Made by a program: the position numbers and the translations under genes. Positions 12,412 to 23,700 of a stretch of 64,000 nt of DNA are shown here, piece by piece (position 1 is the first letter of the stretch; the number at the start of each line of letters is the position of its first letter). The stretch lies in contig OZ237772.1 of NCBI GenBank assembly GCA_965178125.1, positions 186,001-250,000 on the forward strand. Direction: 5' to 3'. The notes under the pieces are model-generated. The model was not told where the DNA came from. It made no database searches and was given only the letters and a program-made list of their open reading frames with translations. Origin of the DNA: Bilabrum cf. latius (Eukaryota).

Positions 12412-15172
12412 AAGGAGGCGAGGGGAGTGGACGAAGTAAAAGCGCGGCTAATCAGCACAGGGGTGCTTTGGGATGATTGTGTACAAAGAGGATTTCAATC
12501 GCTATCACCCAAACAGCAAGCAGCCAGCGTTCGTATACTCTCCTCATGGCTAGACCACCCCAGAGAGGGCCCCGACCCAGACCTGATTGACCTTCTGCGG
12601 CTGTTCCCAACGGGACCCCGGGGCCACAAACATCAAGCGGAACGATTTTCGGCCAAGGACTGCAGAAAGCGCGCAATCAGCGCCAGCTCACCACGAGTAG
12701 CCCAGTAGTGGCTCCGGGCGGCGCTTCGGCGAGATTTGGGATGCATGCGGGAGGCGGAGCATACGCCACCCCCCAGGCGAGCACGAGCCCTTGCAGAACA
12801 TCTACTAGCGGCGCGACGACAGCACCCCCAGCGCGAGGCGCAGAAGGGCCAGGTCGAAGTGCAGCCGCGGTAGTAGGAAGCAGCACGAACATCAGCACCG
12901 ACGTAGCAGCAGCAAGGCGGCAGAGTGCCTCCGACGTTCGCACTAGAAGGAGAGGTCCGACTAGGTCACGGCGAAGGGGGACTCATACTGCCTGTCAAAT
13001 CCACGGGACCATCCCTTGATGCTAGAGTTAGCCTTGGGGGGACCCGGGAGGAGGCCTCGAGGAATTAGTCGTCCGCTGTAAAGCAGGCCACCCAGGAGCG
13101 AACTCTTGTAGCCCGTCAGGGAGCCAGAGCAGAGCACACCGAGAGGGCTATTGTGGAGCAACGTAGCGGCATGAACTCGCAGAGCAGCGCACTGAGGAGC
13201 ATGCAAGTGCACAGTGGGGACAAACTGTATTGGATGCATCTAGCTACATGCTCAGACTGCACCGCGCAGTTTTGTCCGGTGGCAGAGGTGTTGCACGTCT
13301 TAGGCAAGTATGGCGCGCCTTTCCACTGGTACCTCGAGCCTGACGCAGCGATCAAGGCTCCACGAGACGGTGGAGACGTCGACTGGCACGAGGGTACCTT
13401 GACCCAATCAGCCCTGTCCACTGAGATTCGAAAGCAGGCAGAGGCAGGATTCATTCGAGTTACATCGGCACCGGCAACATCAGATATGCCGAGAGCCTTT
13501 CTGGTCCGGAAATACGCTTGGAAGCTCACCCCCGGCGTGGGCATGCAGCGACGCACAGTACCAAGTGAGAAGGCCAGGCTCGTCGTGGATTTCTCGGGAC
13601 TACGACCACATGCAGCATAGCTGCATTTTGGGCTAGATGGACCAGCAGAATTTGCAGCTCAATTGGATCCAGGGTCATGGATATATAGTTGGGACGTGGC
13701 AAAAGCTTTCTATGCCTTCAAGGCTCACCCGGCTTCCTGGAACTTCACGTGGTTCAGCGCGAACGGCCTAGCGGCACATTTTTTTTCGCATGCCGATGGG
13801 AATGGTGCACTCGCCCATCCATCTACAGACAGCCACCGAGTCGTTGGCGGACATCATCCGAGCAAAGCGCTTCCTTCAGTCGGTATACATGGACGATTTC
13901 GCCGGGGGAGAACGACAAGCACCAGCGGCATGGGCGGGTATGTTCACCTCCGTCCTCACCGCACGACAGGCAGGTTTCAGCATGAGCATCAGCAAACTGA
14001 CATTGCCAAGCCAAAAGATGCGTTTCCTGGGAATGGATATCTCGACGTCACCTACGATCGACGCGCGAGCCCCACCGGACAAGCAGAAGGATCTCGCAAT
14101 CACGTTGAAGGCCACGATGCGGGCATCAAGGCAACGACTGCGCATTCCAGTTGACCTACTGGAACATCTGTAGGGGAAGGCGCTAGCGTATGCAGGAGGC
14201 AGTAGGGGCCAGATGGCCCGCAGTGCGGCACTCGTCGTTGTGGCAAACGAAGCCAAACGGAACGGCAGCAACGCATTCCTACGCCCAGATATAGCGCGAG
14301 CAGTACAAACTCTCCAGGGGATGCTAATGCGAGACGCAACTACGTCGATGTCAAAGCTCTTGGGTATAAATACTGAGCGGAGCGCTCCAGATCCCCAGGA
14401 TGCCGCATGCGGACTCGGAGCCAAACCGGGATCGAAGTCTGGCGCCATTTCGATATTCGGCAGTTCAGACGCTAGTGTATCCACCGGAGCTATCAGTATT
14501 GGAAGGCCAATTTGTTCAGCCCTAGTGTTTCCACTTCCCCGAGATATTTGGGGAACGGAAGGTAGCACGGACCCGGAGAAGTCATCAACAGCCCGTGAGA
14601 CCATAGTAGCAGCAACGGGAGCACTCAGAGCAGCTCTGCAGTGCAGACCAAGCACTCCGACTACAATATATTGGGATTGTGATAACGCTGGAACTTGTGT
14701 CCAGTTGTGCACCTTCAGGGGCTCCACAGTTAGGACGCAAGCAACCCTGACGAGGCTAGCGGATATCCTGGATTCTAGGAAAATTACACTTGTTCCACGG
14801 CATCTACCACGCAGCAAGCCTTGGGTAGCTGCTAACGACGCACTTGGAAAGGCTGACCACGCCACAGCTCACACATTGTGGGGGCAAGCAGGAGTATCCA
14901 CGGTGACGGTCACGTGTTGTGAGGAGACGATACTGTTGCATCCGTTGATCAAGGGAAAGGAGTGGCCTCCGTCGCAGCCAGAATTGCTCGCCGCCCTGCA
15001 CCAAGCAGCAGATGGACACACGAGACGATCAGATTGCAGCAAAGGTATGCACCATGATGAAGAGCCTGACGGAGGCGACCACACGGCCGCGGGTGGAGCA
15101 CCGCCCTCCAGCCCGCTCGGCGGATCTGGCGGGAGCCATCGCCCTCAGCATGATCAAGACCAAGGAGACTGA
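12412..15172 (+). CDS. Retrotransposon pol: reverse transcriptase plus RNase H, with one frameshift at the T8 run 13779-13786
   Basis: RT motifs RLVVDF, SWDVAKAFY, (FF)RMPMGMVHSP and VYMDDF. RNase H motifs SSDAS, TARET, WDCDN and AANDALGK. TAGs read through (e.g. 13618, 14171); ends in TGA. Start uncertain: same frame as ORF1, first ATG at 12745. Confidence 0.85.
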
Positions 15173-16145
15173 AGATAAGAAGCGGAAAAGCATCGCCAAG
15201 TTCAAGAAGTACGCCAGCGAGGCACGAGACGAGTCCCCCACACGCTGCTCTTCCATCCTGAGCTACCTGTACGTCAGGGTTAGGGACGACAAGGTCGGCG
15301 AGGGCACCATCAAGAGAGAATTTGGCCACTTGGTCGAGCATTTTTTGGAGATTGGCGCCCCGATTGCCGACGAAACAATGCGGCTGGGTCGGAAATTACC
15401 GAAAGGGCGGGCCAAGTAGCTGCACCTACTCGGCAACCGCCGGAAGCGAGCACGAGTGATCCCAACCGAGGACGTGATGTACGTCAATGATCAAGTCATC
15501 AAGATGGGTTCAGACAAGGAGCTCTGCGCTTGGGATGCGTTCATCCATGGCTGCATCATCCTTGGGCGATCCAAGGAAATCCTGAACCTGAAGCTAGGAG
15601 ACTTGCAAGAGTATAAGTCCAAGGACAGTACATGGGTCGTGGCCAGCATGCGTCGCAAAACAACCAAGGACAGAGATGAACCAGAGCAGGCCGTCATTCC
15701 GCTGGACGATGGTGGCCCATTTCGAGTTGCCGAGCTCGCAGCTCTGGGCATGCGCGCACGAGCGAGAGCGCTGACAGCGATGAGAGCCCGGAACCCGACG
15801 AATACGGCACTCACGAGCACGTCAGGAGCAAGTGGACTACGCTTCATCAACCCGGATGCGCGAAAGACTGGGAAATGGCATCCCAAGAGCTGGACAGCAA
15901 CTATGCGGAGCATTCTTACCAAGTACCGGCGGCCAGGCACGCCAGTGATCAGGTTCACTACGCACTCAACGAGGCGAACGGGAGCCACCATGGCGGCGGA
16001 AGGGGGCATTTCAATTGAGCAATTGATGCAACAAGCTGCGTGGCGGTCACCCGAGACAGCGAACTACTATCTGGGCATGAGCACCAGATCGAGGGCAAGA
16101 GCGATGCTCGCGGCCTACCGGGGAGCAGTCACAGCAGCAAGTTAA
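15012..16145 (+). CDS. Tyrosine recombinase (YR) of the retrotransposon
   Basis: Two track ORFs in one frame joined through TAG 15417-15419. Catalytic pattern GRSKE (R), HSTRR (HxxR), AAWRS (W) and NYY (Y); overlaps the 3' end of pol; ends in TAA. Confidence 0.9.
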
Positions 16146-16220
16146 CGTGACCCACAGGTCAGTATGCGTAGGGCGGCAAGCCGCAGTGGCCACAGGTGGC
16201 CAAATCTGCGGGTCAGTACG

Positions 16221-16548
16221 GCGCAGGCTGCACCAGCAGCCGGGTCCCCTTGTGGCACCACGGGTGGTCAACCGCCCGAGGAGCCGGGACCCAGCGCGCC
16301 CTCGCATTTATCTAGCAACCCTAACCGGAGGTTCTAGAACTGATTCGATGTAACGTACAAATCAATGTCAGTTTTTAGCAGGTCTGGGGTTACAACCAGT
16401 AAGACCGGAACTGTAGAAACTGGGATTGATTTGCGTGAAGCTCGACTCATCTTCCCGAGGGTACGCCGAGTACAGTGGTCTCGGCCGAGCTCAATAAGAC
16501 ACGTACTACAGGATATTGTAGTTCTGAGTCGGCTTGCAAAAAGTTTTC
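16221..16548 (+). repeat. Internal B1-A2 junction of the split direct repeats
   Basis: ...AATGTCAGTTT|TTAGCAGGTC... is the element right end fused exactly to its left end. Confidence 0.95.
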
Positions 16549-17099
16549 CCGCCCACCCGCAAAGTGTAGAGGAAGTAGAAGGATGAGGGTCATGACTCTG
16601 GGCCCGAGTTGGGAGCAGTGGACTACGCGGCACCACGACGGTTGGAGCGCGATGGACTGCCCAGGGCCAGCGAGGTGGCACACAGCGACAGCGCACCCGG
16701 CAGGGCAGAGGGCATGGCACACAATCAGGGACATGAGAGGCGCCACCGGACGCCGGCGGGCGGCACTCAGAAAGCGCGTGATCTTGGCGGCATCGACTCA
16801 GCCAGCAAGTCACTCGCGGACAGTCAGCAGAAAGAGGGGTCGTCATCTCACGGAGAGGGCGGCACCTAGGCGTGGACGAGTTTCTACCGGAACAATTTGG
16901 GTCTTTCTAGTTCAGGCCATGCAGACACTCTGACGGATTTGGATGTAGGGGTCGTCACCTCACTGAGAGGGCGGCACCGAGCTCGGGTGACTTTTCCCAG
17001 CCATAGGCTGGGTGTTTAGAACTTCGAGCGCATCTGCTTGCATTGTATGAATTGAATAATACCTCCGGTGGGTAGGCACTTTGCTTACCCGCGTCAGGC

Positions 17100-17253
17100 G
17101 CGCAGGCTGCACCAGCAGCCGGGTCCCCTTGTGGCACCACGGGTGGTCAACCGCCCGAGGAGCCGGGACCCAGCGCGCCCTCGCATTTATCTAGCAACCC
17201 TAACCGGAGGTTCTAGAACTGATTCGATGTAACGTACAAATCAATGTCAGTTT
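17100..17253 (+). repeat. Split direct repeat B2 (right terminus)
   Basis: GCGCAGGCTGCACC...AATGTCAGTTT matches 16221-16374. Confidence 0.95.
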
Positions 17254-19998
17254 AGCACAGTCACCGGCCTAGCCAAGGCCCCCTGCAGACACACGACCAG
17301 CACAGCCACACCTGCACCCCAACGCGCCCCTCACCAACAACGGCACAGTCACCGGCCTAGCCAAGGCCCCCTGCAGACACACGACCAGCACAGCCACACC
17401 TGCACCCCAACGCGCCCCTCACCAACAATGGCACAGTCACCGGCCTAGCCAAGGCCCCCTGCAGACACACGACCAGCACAGCCACACCTGCACCCCAACG
17501 CGCCCCTCACCAACAACGGCACAGTCACCGGCCTAGCCAAGGCCCCCTGCAGACACACGACCAGCACAGCCACACCTGCACCCCAACGCGCCCCTCACCA
17601 ACAACGGCACAGTCACCGGCCTAGCCAAGGCCCCCTGCAGACACACGACCAGCACAGCCACACCTGCACCCCAACGCGCCCCTCACCAACAATGGCACAG
17701 TCACCGGCCTAGCCAAGGCCCCCTGCAGCCGCACGACCAGCACAGCCACACCTGCACCCCAACGCGCCCCTCACCAACAACGGCACAGTCACCGGCCTAG
17801 CCAAGGCCCCCTGCAGACACACGACCAGCACAGCCACACCTGCACCCCAACGCGCCCCTCACCAACAACGGCACAGTCACCGGCCTAGCCAAGGCCCCCT
17901 GCAGACACACGACCAGCACAGCCACACCTGCACCCCAACGCGCCCCTCACCAACAATGGCACAGTCACCGGCCTAGCCAAGGCCCCCTGCAGCCGCACGA
18001 CCAGCACAGCCACACCTGCACCCCAACGCGCCCCTCAACAACAACGGCACAGTCACCGGCCTAGCCAAGGCCCCCTGCAGACACACGACCAGCACAGCCA
18101 CACCTGCACCCCAACGCGCCCCTCACCGACAACGGCACAGTCACCGGCCTAGCCAAGGCCCCCTGCAGACACACGACCAGCACAGCCACACCTGCACCCC
18201 AACGCGCCCCTCACCGACAACGGCACAGTCACCGGCCTAGCCAAGGCCCCCTGCAGACACACGACCAGCACAGCCACACCTGCACCCCAACGCGCCCCTC
18301 ACCAACAACGGCACAGTCACCGGCCTAGCCAAGGCCCCCTGCAGACGCACGACCAGCACAGCCACACCTGCACCCCAACGCGCCCCTCACCAACAACGGC
18401 ACAGTCACCGGCCTAGCCAAGGCCCCCTGCAGACACACGACCAGCACAGCCACACCTGCACCCCAACGCGCCCCTCACCGACAACGGCACAGTCACCGGC
18501 CTAGCCAAGGCCCCCTGCAGACACACGACCAGCACAGCCACACCTGCACCCCAACGCGCCCCTCACCAACAATGGCACAGTCACCGGCCTAGCCAAGGCC
18601 CCCTGCAGCCGCACGACCAGCACAGCCACACCTGCACCCCAACGCGCCCCTCACCAACAACGGCACAGTCACCGGCCTAGCCAAGGCCCCCTGCAGACAC
18701 ACGACCAGCACAGTCACCGGCCTAGCCAAGGCCCCCTGCAGACACACGACCAGCACAGCCACACCTGCACCCCAACGCGCCCCTCACCAACAACGGCACA
18801 GTCACCGGCGTAGCCAAGGCCCCCTGCAGACACACGACCAGCACAGCCACACCTGCACCCCAACGCGCCCCTCACCAACAATGGCACAGTCACCGGCCTA
18901 GCCAAGGCCCCCTGCAGACACACGACCAGCACAGCCACACCTGCACCCCAACGCGCCCCTCACCAACAACGGCACAGTCACCGGCCTAGCCAAGGCCCCC
19001 TGCAGACACACGACCAGCACAGCCACACCTGCACCCCAACGCGCCCCTCACCAACAACGGCACAGTCACCGGCCTAGCCAAGGCCCCCTGCAGACACACG
19101 ACCAGCACAGCCACACCTGCACCCCAACGCGCCCCTCACCAACAATGGCACAGTCACCGGCCTAGCCAAGGCCCCCTGCAGCCGCACGACCAGCACAGCC
19201 ACACCTGCACCCCAACGCGCCCCTCACCAACAACGGCACAGTCACCGGCCTAGCCAAGGCCCCCTGCAGACACACGACCAGCACAGCCACACCTGCACCC
19301 CAACGCGCCCCTCAACAACAACGGCACAGTCACCGGCCTAGCCAAGGCCCCCTGCAGCCACACGACCAGCACAGCCACACCTGCACCCCAACGCGCCCCT
19401 CACCAACAATGGCACAGTCACCGGCCTAGCCAAGGCCCCCTGCAGCCGCACGACCAGCACAGCCACACCTGCACCCCAACGCGCCCCTCAACAACAACGG
19501 CACAGTCACCGGCCTAGCCAAGGCCCCCTGCAGACACACGACCAGCACAGCCACACCTGCACCCAAACGCGCCCCTCACCGACAACGGCACAGTCACCGG
19601 CCTAGCCAAGGCCCCCTGCAGACACACGACCAGCACAGCCACACCTGCACCCCAACGCGCCCCTCACCAACAACGGCACAGTCACCGGCCTAGCCAAGGC
19701 CCCCTGCAGACACACGACCAGCACAGCCACACCTGCACCCCAACGCGCCCCTCACCAACAATGGCACAGTCACCGGCCTAGCCAAGGCCCCCTGCAGCCG
19801 CACGACCAGCACAGCCACACCTGCACCCCAACGCGCCCCTCACCAACAACGGCACAGTCACCGGCCTAGCCAAGGCCCCCTGCAGACACACGACCAGCAC
19901 AGTCACCGGCCTAGCCAAGGCCCCCTGCAGACACACGACCAGCACAGCCACACCTGCACCCCAACGCGCCCCTCACCAACAACGGCACAGTCACCGGC
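17254..19998. repeat. 88-bp satellite, right arm (about 31 units)
   Basis: Same unit and orientation as 6277-9636, resuming directly after B2. Confidence 0.97.
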
Positions 19999-20745
19999 CC
20001 GCTAGCACACCCCAGAAGCTGATATGCATTCAGAATATTTGGTATTAAGGTAGAATGAGCCACAGGCCATTGATTGGATCCTTTATACGGATAGGGAGAC
20101 TCAAGCACACTCTAGTTGGTGTTTGCCTCTGATATTCAGCCGGTTCAGCAACACTATGCCATTGAGCTGCATCATGTTTTGCGCTCCGTACAGCTTAAAT
20201 ACCACTCCAAAGTGGTGGAACGCACCAACATACTATCTCAGGGCCTCTTAAAGTTTACCCCAACCGTTGATTCAGGGTATGGCCAATCTAGGGCCTTTAG
20301 ATGTGCCACTTTCAAAGACTTGGTACTGTTTAGGTATAGGACCCCTAAGTCTCTACCAACGACTATTTCTGCAATTAACGCGCAACTATTCGCGCCTAAA
20401 TTATTACGAACGGCCAGGGTAATTCCAGAGTAGGTAGAACGTACACTGGTCAGCAAGGACCAAGACGCTTTTAGCTTGCACTACAAGCTGAGGATGAGAA
20501 TCCATTTTGCACATATTAACATCACGATACACAACAATACATTTGCCTAGAGTACAAATTTTACTGTTAAGTATCATAATATACCGGTGATACACGGCAA
20601 TACATCGAGATACAGGCTGAAGGAGGCTGCAAGTATCCTCAGTGTATCATCTTCTGGATCGCCGATAAGGTTCGATTTTGCCGTGATCCGATCGCTTTTC
20701 CTAAACCAGACCTTTTGGACTTGTCGACGGTGCACAGCGCCGGAT

Positions 20746-23700
20746 ATGGCGTCAACCCCAAGATCGTTGAGGGCTTAGGTCCGAAATGCTCAAAGCTCGA
20801 ATATAGGCAGCACTGGTAAGACTAGTTTTGTATGGTTTCGGTCATCAATCCAGTCCAGACAGTCACCTGTACGGCTTGGATTGAGTGCCTCTTCTGAACA
20901 CGGCCTGCTTTCGAAAATTAATAATGCGACCTACTATCAGCTTATCTGAAATAATGTTTGCCTCGATGTGGTATCGTATTTCGCCTTGTTGCAGCTTGCT
21001 GGTGGGGACCCTTCCGAACAACGTTGCGACCGGCGTCACCAGTCGATCGTATTCCTGCTTGCATTGCAATATATATCCATCGCAGGATTGCAATTCATGT
21101 GCGTCATTGCGTTTGCAGCTGCCATGTTCTTGGGTGGAATACTGATTGGACTTCTCGTCTTCGAATCCGGCGAAGCGCCTGGCGTTGCGTCGCCGGTCCC
21201 GGGTCTGCCTGGCCTACGGGGCATTCCAGACAGCAACAGAGCACTGAGCATGATGCCTTCCATAGTTCGTAACATCACATGCCGCGTCACGGGAGGCTGC
21301 ACCCAGCCGCTGGTCGCCGCTCCCCTCCCCGGGTAGAACAAGCTGCCGGGCAATGGAGTGCTCGCTCCAGGCGGCCTCGGCAAAGCAATTGCGCCGGGTC
21401 ACTCGCTCCTGGACCCGGACAACGCCGCAAAAGATGTGGTGGAGGGAACAGCCCCTAGCACCGATCAAGGGACAGAACCAGTGGGGGGTGCTGGCTTGCA
21501 GCAGCAGCCGCAGTAGCCGCAGCAGCCGCTCGCTGAGAAGGAGAAGCAGGCACCACCAGCGGGCGAGCAATCTGAGCCGGCCGCTACCGCTACTCAGACT
21601 CTCCCCGCAGAGCCCACGGACTGGCTGGAGTTCGACGGCGGCATGAACGTGGCGCTGCAGAGCAGCGGTGACCACGCAACCGTCACCGCGGGCGCCTGGA
21701 TTAAGATGAGCTCGGGCGGCAACTCCCAGATCCGGGTCATCATGGGAAACCGCAAGTCCGGCTGCGAGCTGAACGGCGACCACTAGGGCTACACGTTCCA
21801 CGTGAACCAGTGGGAGACTGGTGACAGAGACCTCCGGTTGGAGTGGACAGAGTCCGAGGGGCACTGCGGGGTGGCTGCGGCCGGGCCGGGGACGGTGCCT
21901 GTCGACCAATGGGTGCACGTGGCCTTCTCCATCCAGAACCCCGACACGGCGGCGGGCACCGAGGGTCGGGCCATGGTGTATCTCAACGGACAAATGGTGG
22001 GCAGCGCGGCGGTGTCCACCCGCCTGGTGCAGGAGGAGAGCTTCCTCACGCTGGGCTCCACAAACGACGCGCAGTACTACTTCGCGGGCAACATGGCCAA
22101 CGCGTTCGTCATGCCTCATGTTGCCACTCCCAAGCAACTGCAGGCCGTCATCAAGGCCACCACGCCTCAGGCATTCACCGACACAGCCAAGGCCGCCGCA
22201 GCACACAACCGCATGACGGTGGGCCTGCTGCTCCGAGGGATGGACATTCCCTGGGACAAGGCCAAGGGCGCGATGAACACGCTCACGGGCTGCCACGAGC
22301 TCACAGGGAACACAAAGATCATCTCCATCCGGAGCGAGAGGGGCAGCCCCTCGGGGCTCACAGACACGGAGACCCCAACGGACATAATCCACCCGTCCGA
22401 TCCTCCCAAAGACCCGTCCCTTGCTCTGCCCGAGCCCCCGAGAAAGCCGAGCTTCAAGGCGTACGGGGCATACAAGGGCGGCACCCGGAACCAGTGGGTG
22501 TCCCGGCTGATGAAGCTGGAGCAGTCCCGCGTGAAGGGTCCCTGGCAGGGTGCCTCTGCCGAGCTGCTTGCCAGCGGGGCTTTCTCCGACGAGGTCTCCG
22601 ATGAGGAGATGCGCGCCAGCGATGCCACCGGTGCCAAACGCGCCGACGAGATTCGCGACGCGATGCGGTTCGTTTGGAACGGGTACAGGAAGCACGCGTG
22701 GGGCGCAGACGAGCTCAAGCCAAGGTCAGGACAGGCCAACAACAACTGGGGCGGGATGGGATTCACGCTGATCGACACCCTCGACACCTTGTGGATCATG
22801 GGGCTGCACCGGGAATTCGCGGAGGCGCGCGAATGGGTCGCCACGAAGCTCTCCTTCGACAAGCACCGCAGCGTGTCCGTCTTTGAGACCACCATCCGCG
22901 CGCTGGGCGGTCTCCTCTCCGCCTACGACCTCTCAGGAGACCGCGTGTTCCTCGAGAAAGCGAAGGACCTCGCGGACCGCCTCATGCCCGCCTTCAACAC
23001 GCCCACGGGGATCCCTCACGGCCAGGTGAACCTCGAGTCGGGCCAGAGCAACAACTTCGGGTGGACCGGCTCCTCTAGTATCCTGGCGGAGCTTGGCACT
23101 CTCCAGGTGGAGTTCAGGTACCTGTCAAGGGCTCTTGGGATTCCAGAGTACGGCCGCAAGGCGGAGCACGTGATCGAGGTGCTGTCCCAGCACAAGGGGC
23201 AGTACGGCCTGTACCCCATCTATTTTAGCGCACAGACGGGCAAGCCGACCAACAGGCACGTGACATTCGGTGCCCTTGGCGACTCGTTCTACGAGTACCT
23301 CATTAAGGTGTGGGTGCAGGGGGGCAAGAAGGAGGGCATGTACAGGAGCATGTTCGACGCGTCCATGCAGGGCATGACGGAGCAGCTGCTGCAGGAGTCC
23401 TCGCCGAGCAAGCTGCAGTTCGTGGCCGACTGGAACGGGAATTCCGTCGTCCACAAGATGGACCACCTGGTCTGTTTCGTGCCTGGCATGCTGGCGCTCG
23501 GTGCCTTCTACGCTGAGGGCACGGCTGCTGAGGCCAACGTCCAAAGGGACTTGCAGAACGCCAAGCGTGTCATGTACACGTGCTGGCAGATGTACAATCG
23601 GCAGGCAACTGGTCTAAGCCCCGAGTACGTCCATTTCCAGGGCGGCAGGGACATCGTAGTGCCCGGCAACGCTCCCTTTTACATCCTCAGACCGGAGACC

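Larger units (their letters stand above)
9637..17253 (+). mobile_element. Tyrosine-recombinase retrotransposon (DIRS order, Ngaro/PAT-like split direct repeats A1-ORFs-B1-A2-spacer-B2)
   Basis: A1 9637-9810 matches A2 16375-16548 (174 bp, one mismatch seen). B1 16221-16374 matches B2 17100-17253 (154 bp). Internal gag-like, RT/RNase H and YR ORFs; no target-site duplication; inserted in the 88-bp satellite. Confidence 0.93.

Noticed and set aside
16312-16326. Telomere-like AACCCTAACC in the B repeats
   Set aside because: Fewer than two units; chance occurrence is likely.
9637-16548. LTR retrotransposon with A1/A2 as LTRs
   Set aside because: No TG...CA ends, TSD or DDE integrase; the B repeats and YR show a split-direct-repeat element.
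4326-19998. CRISPR array
   Set aside because: Units are contiguous tandem repeats without unique spacers, no cas genes are present, and the context is eukaryotic.
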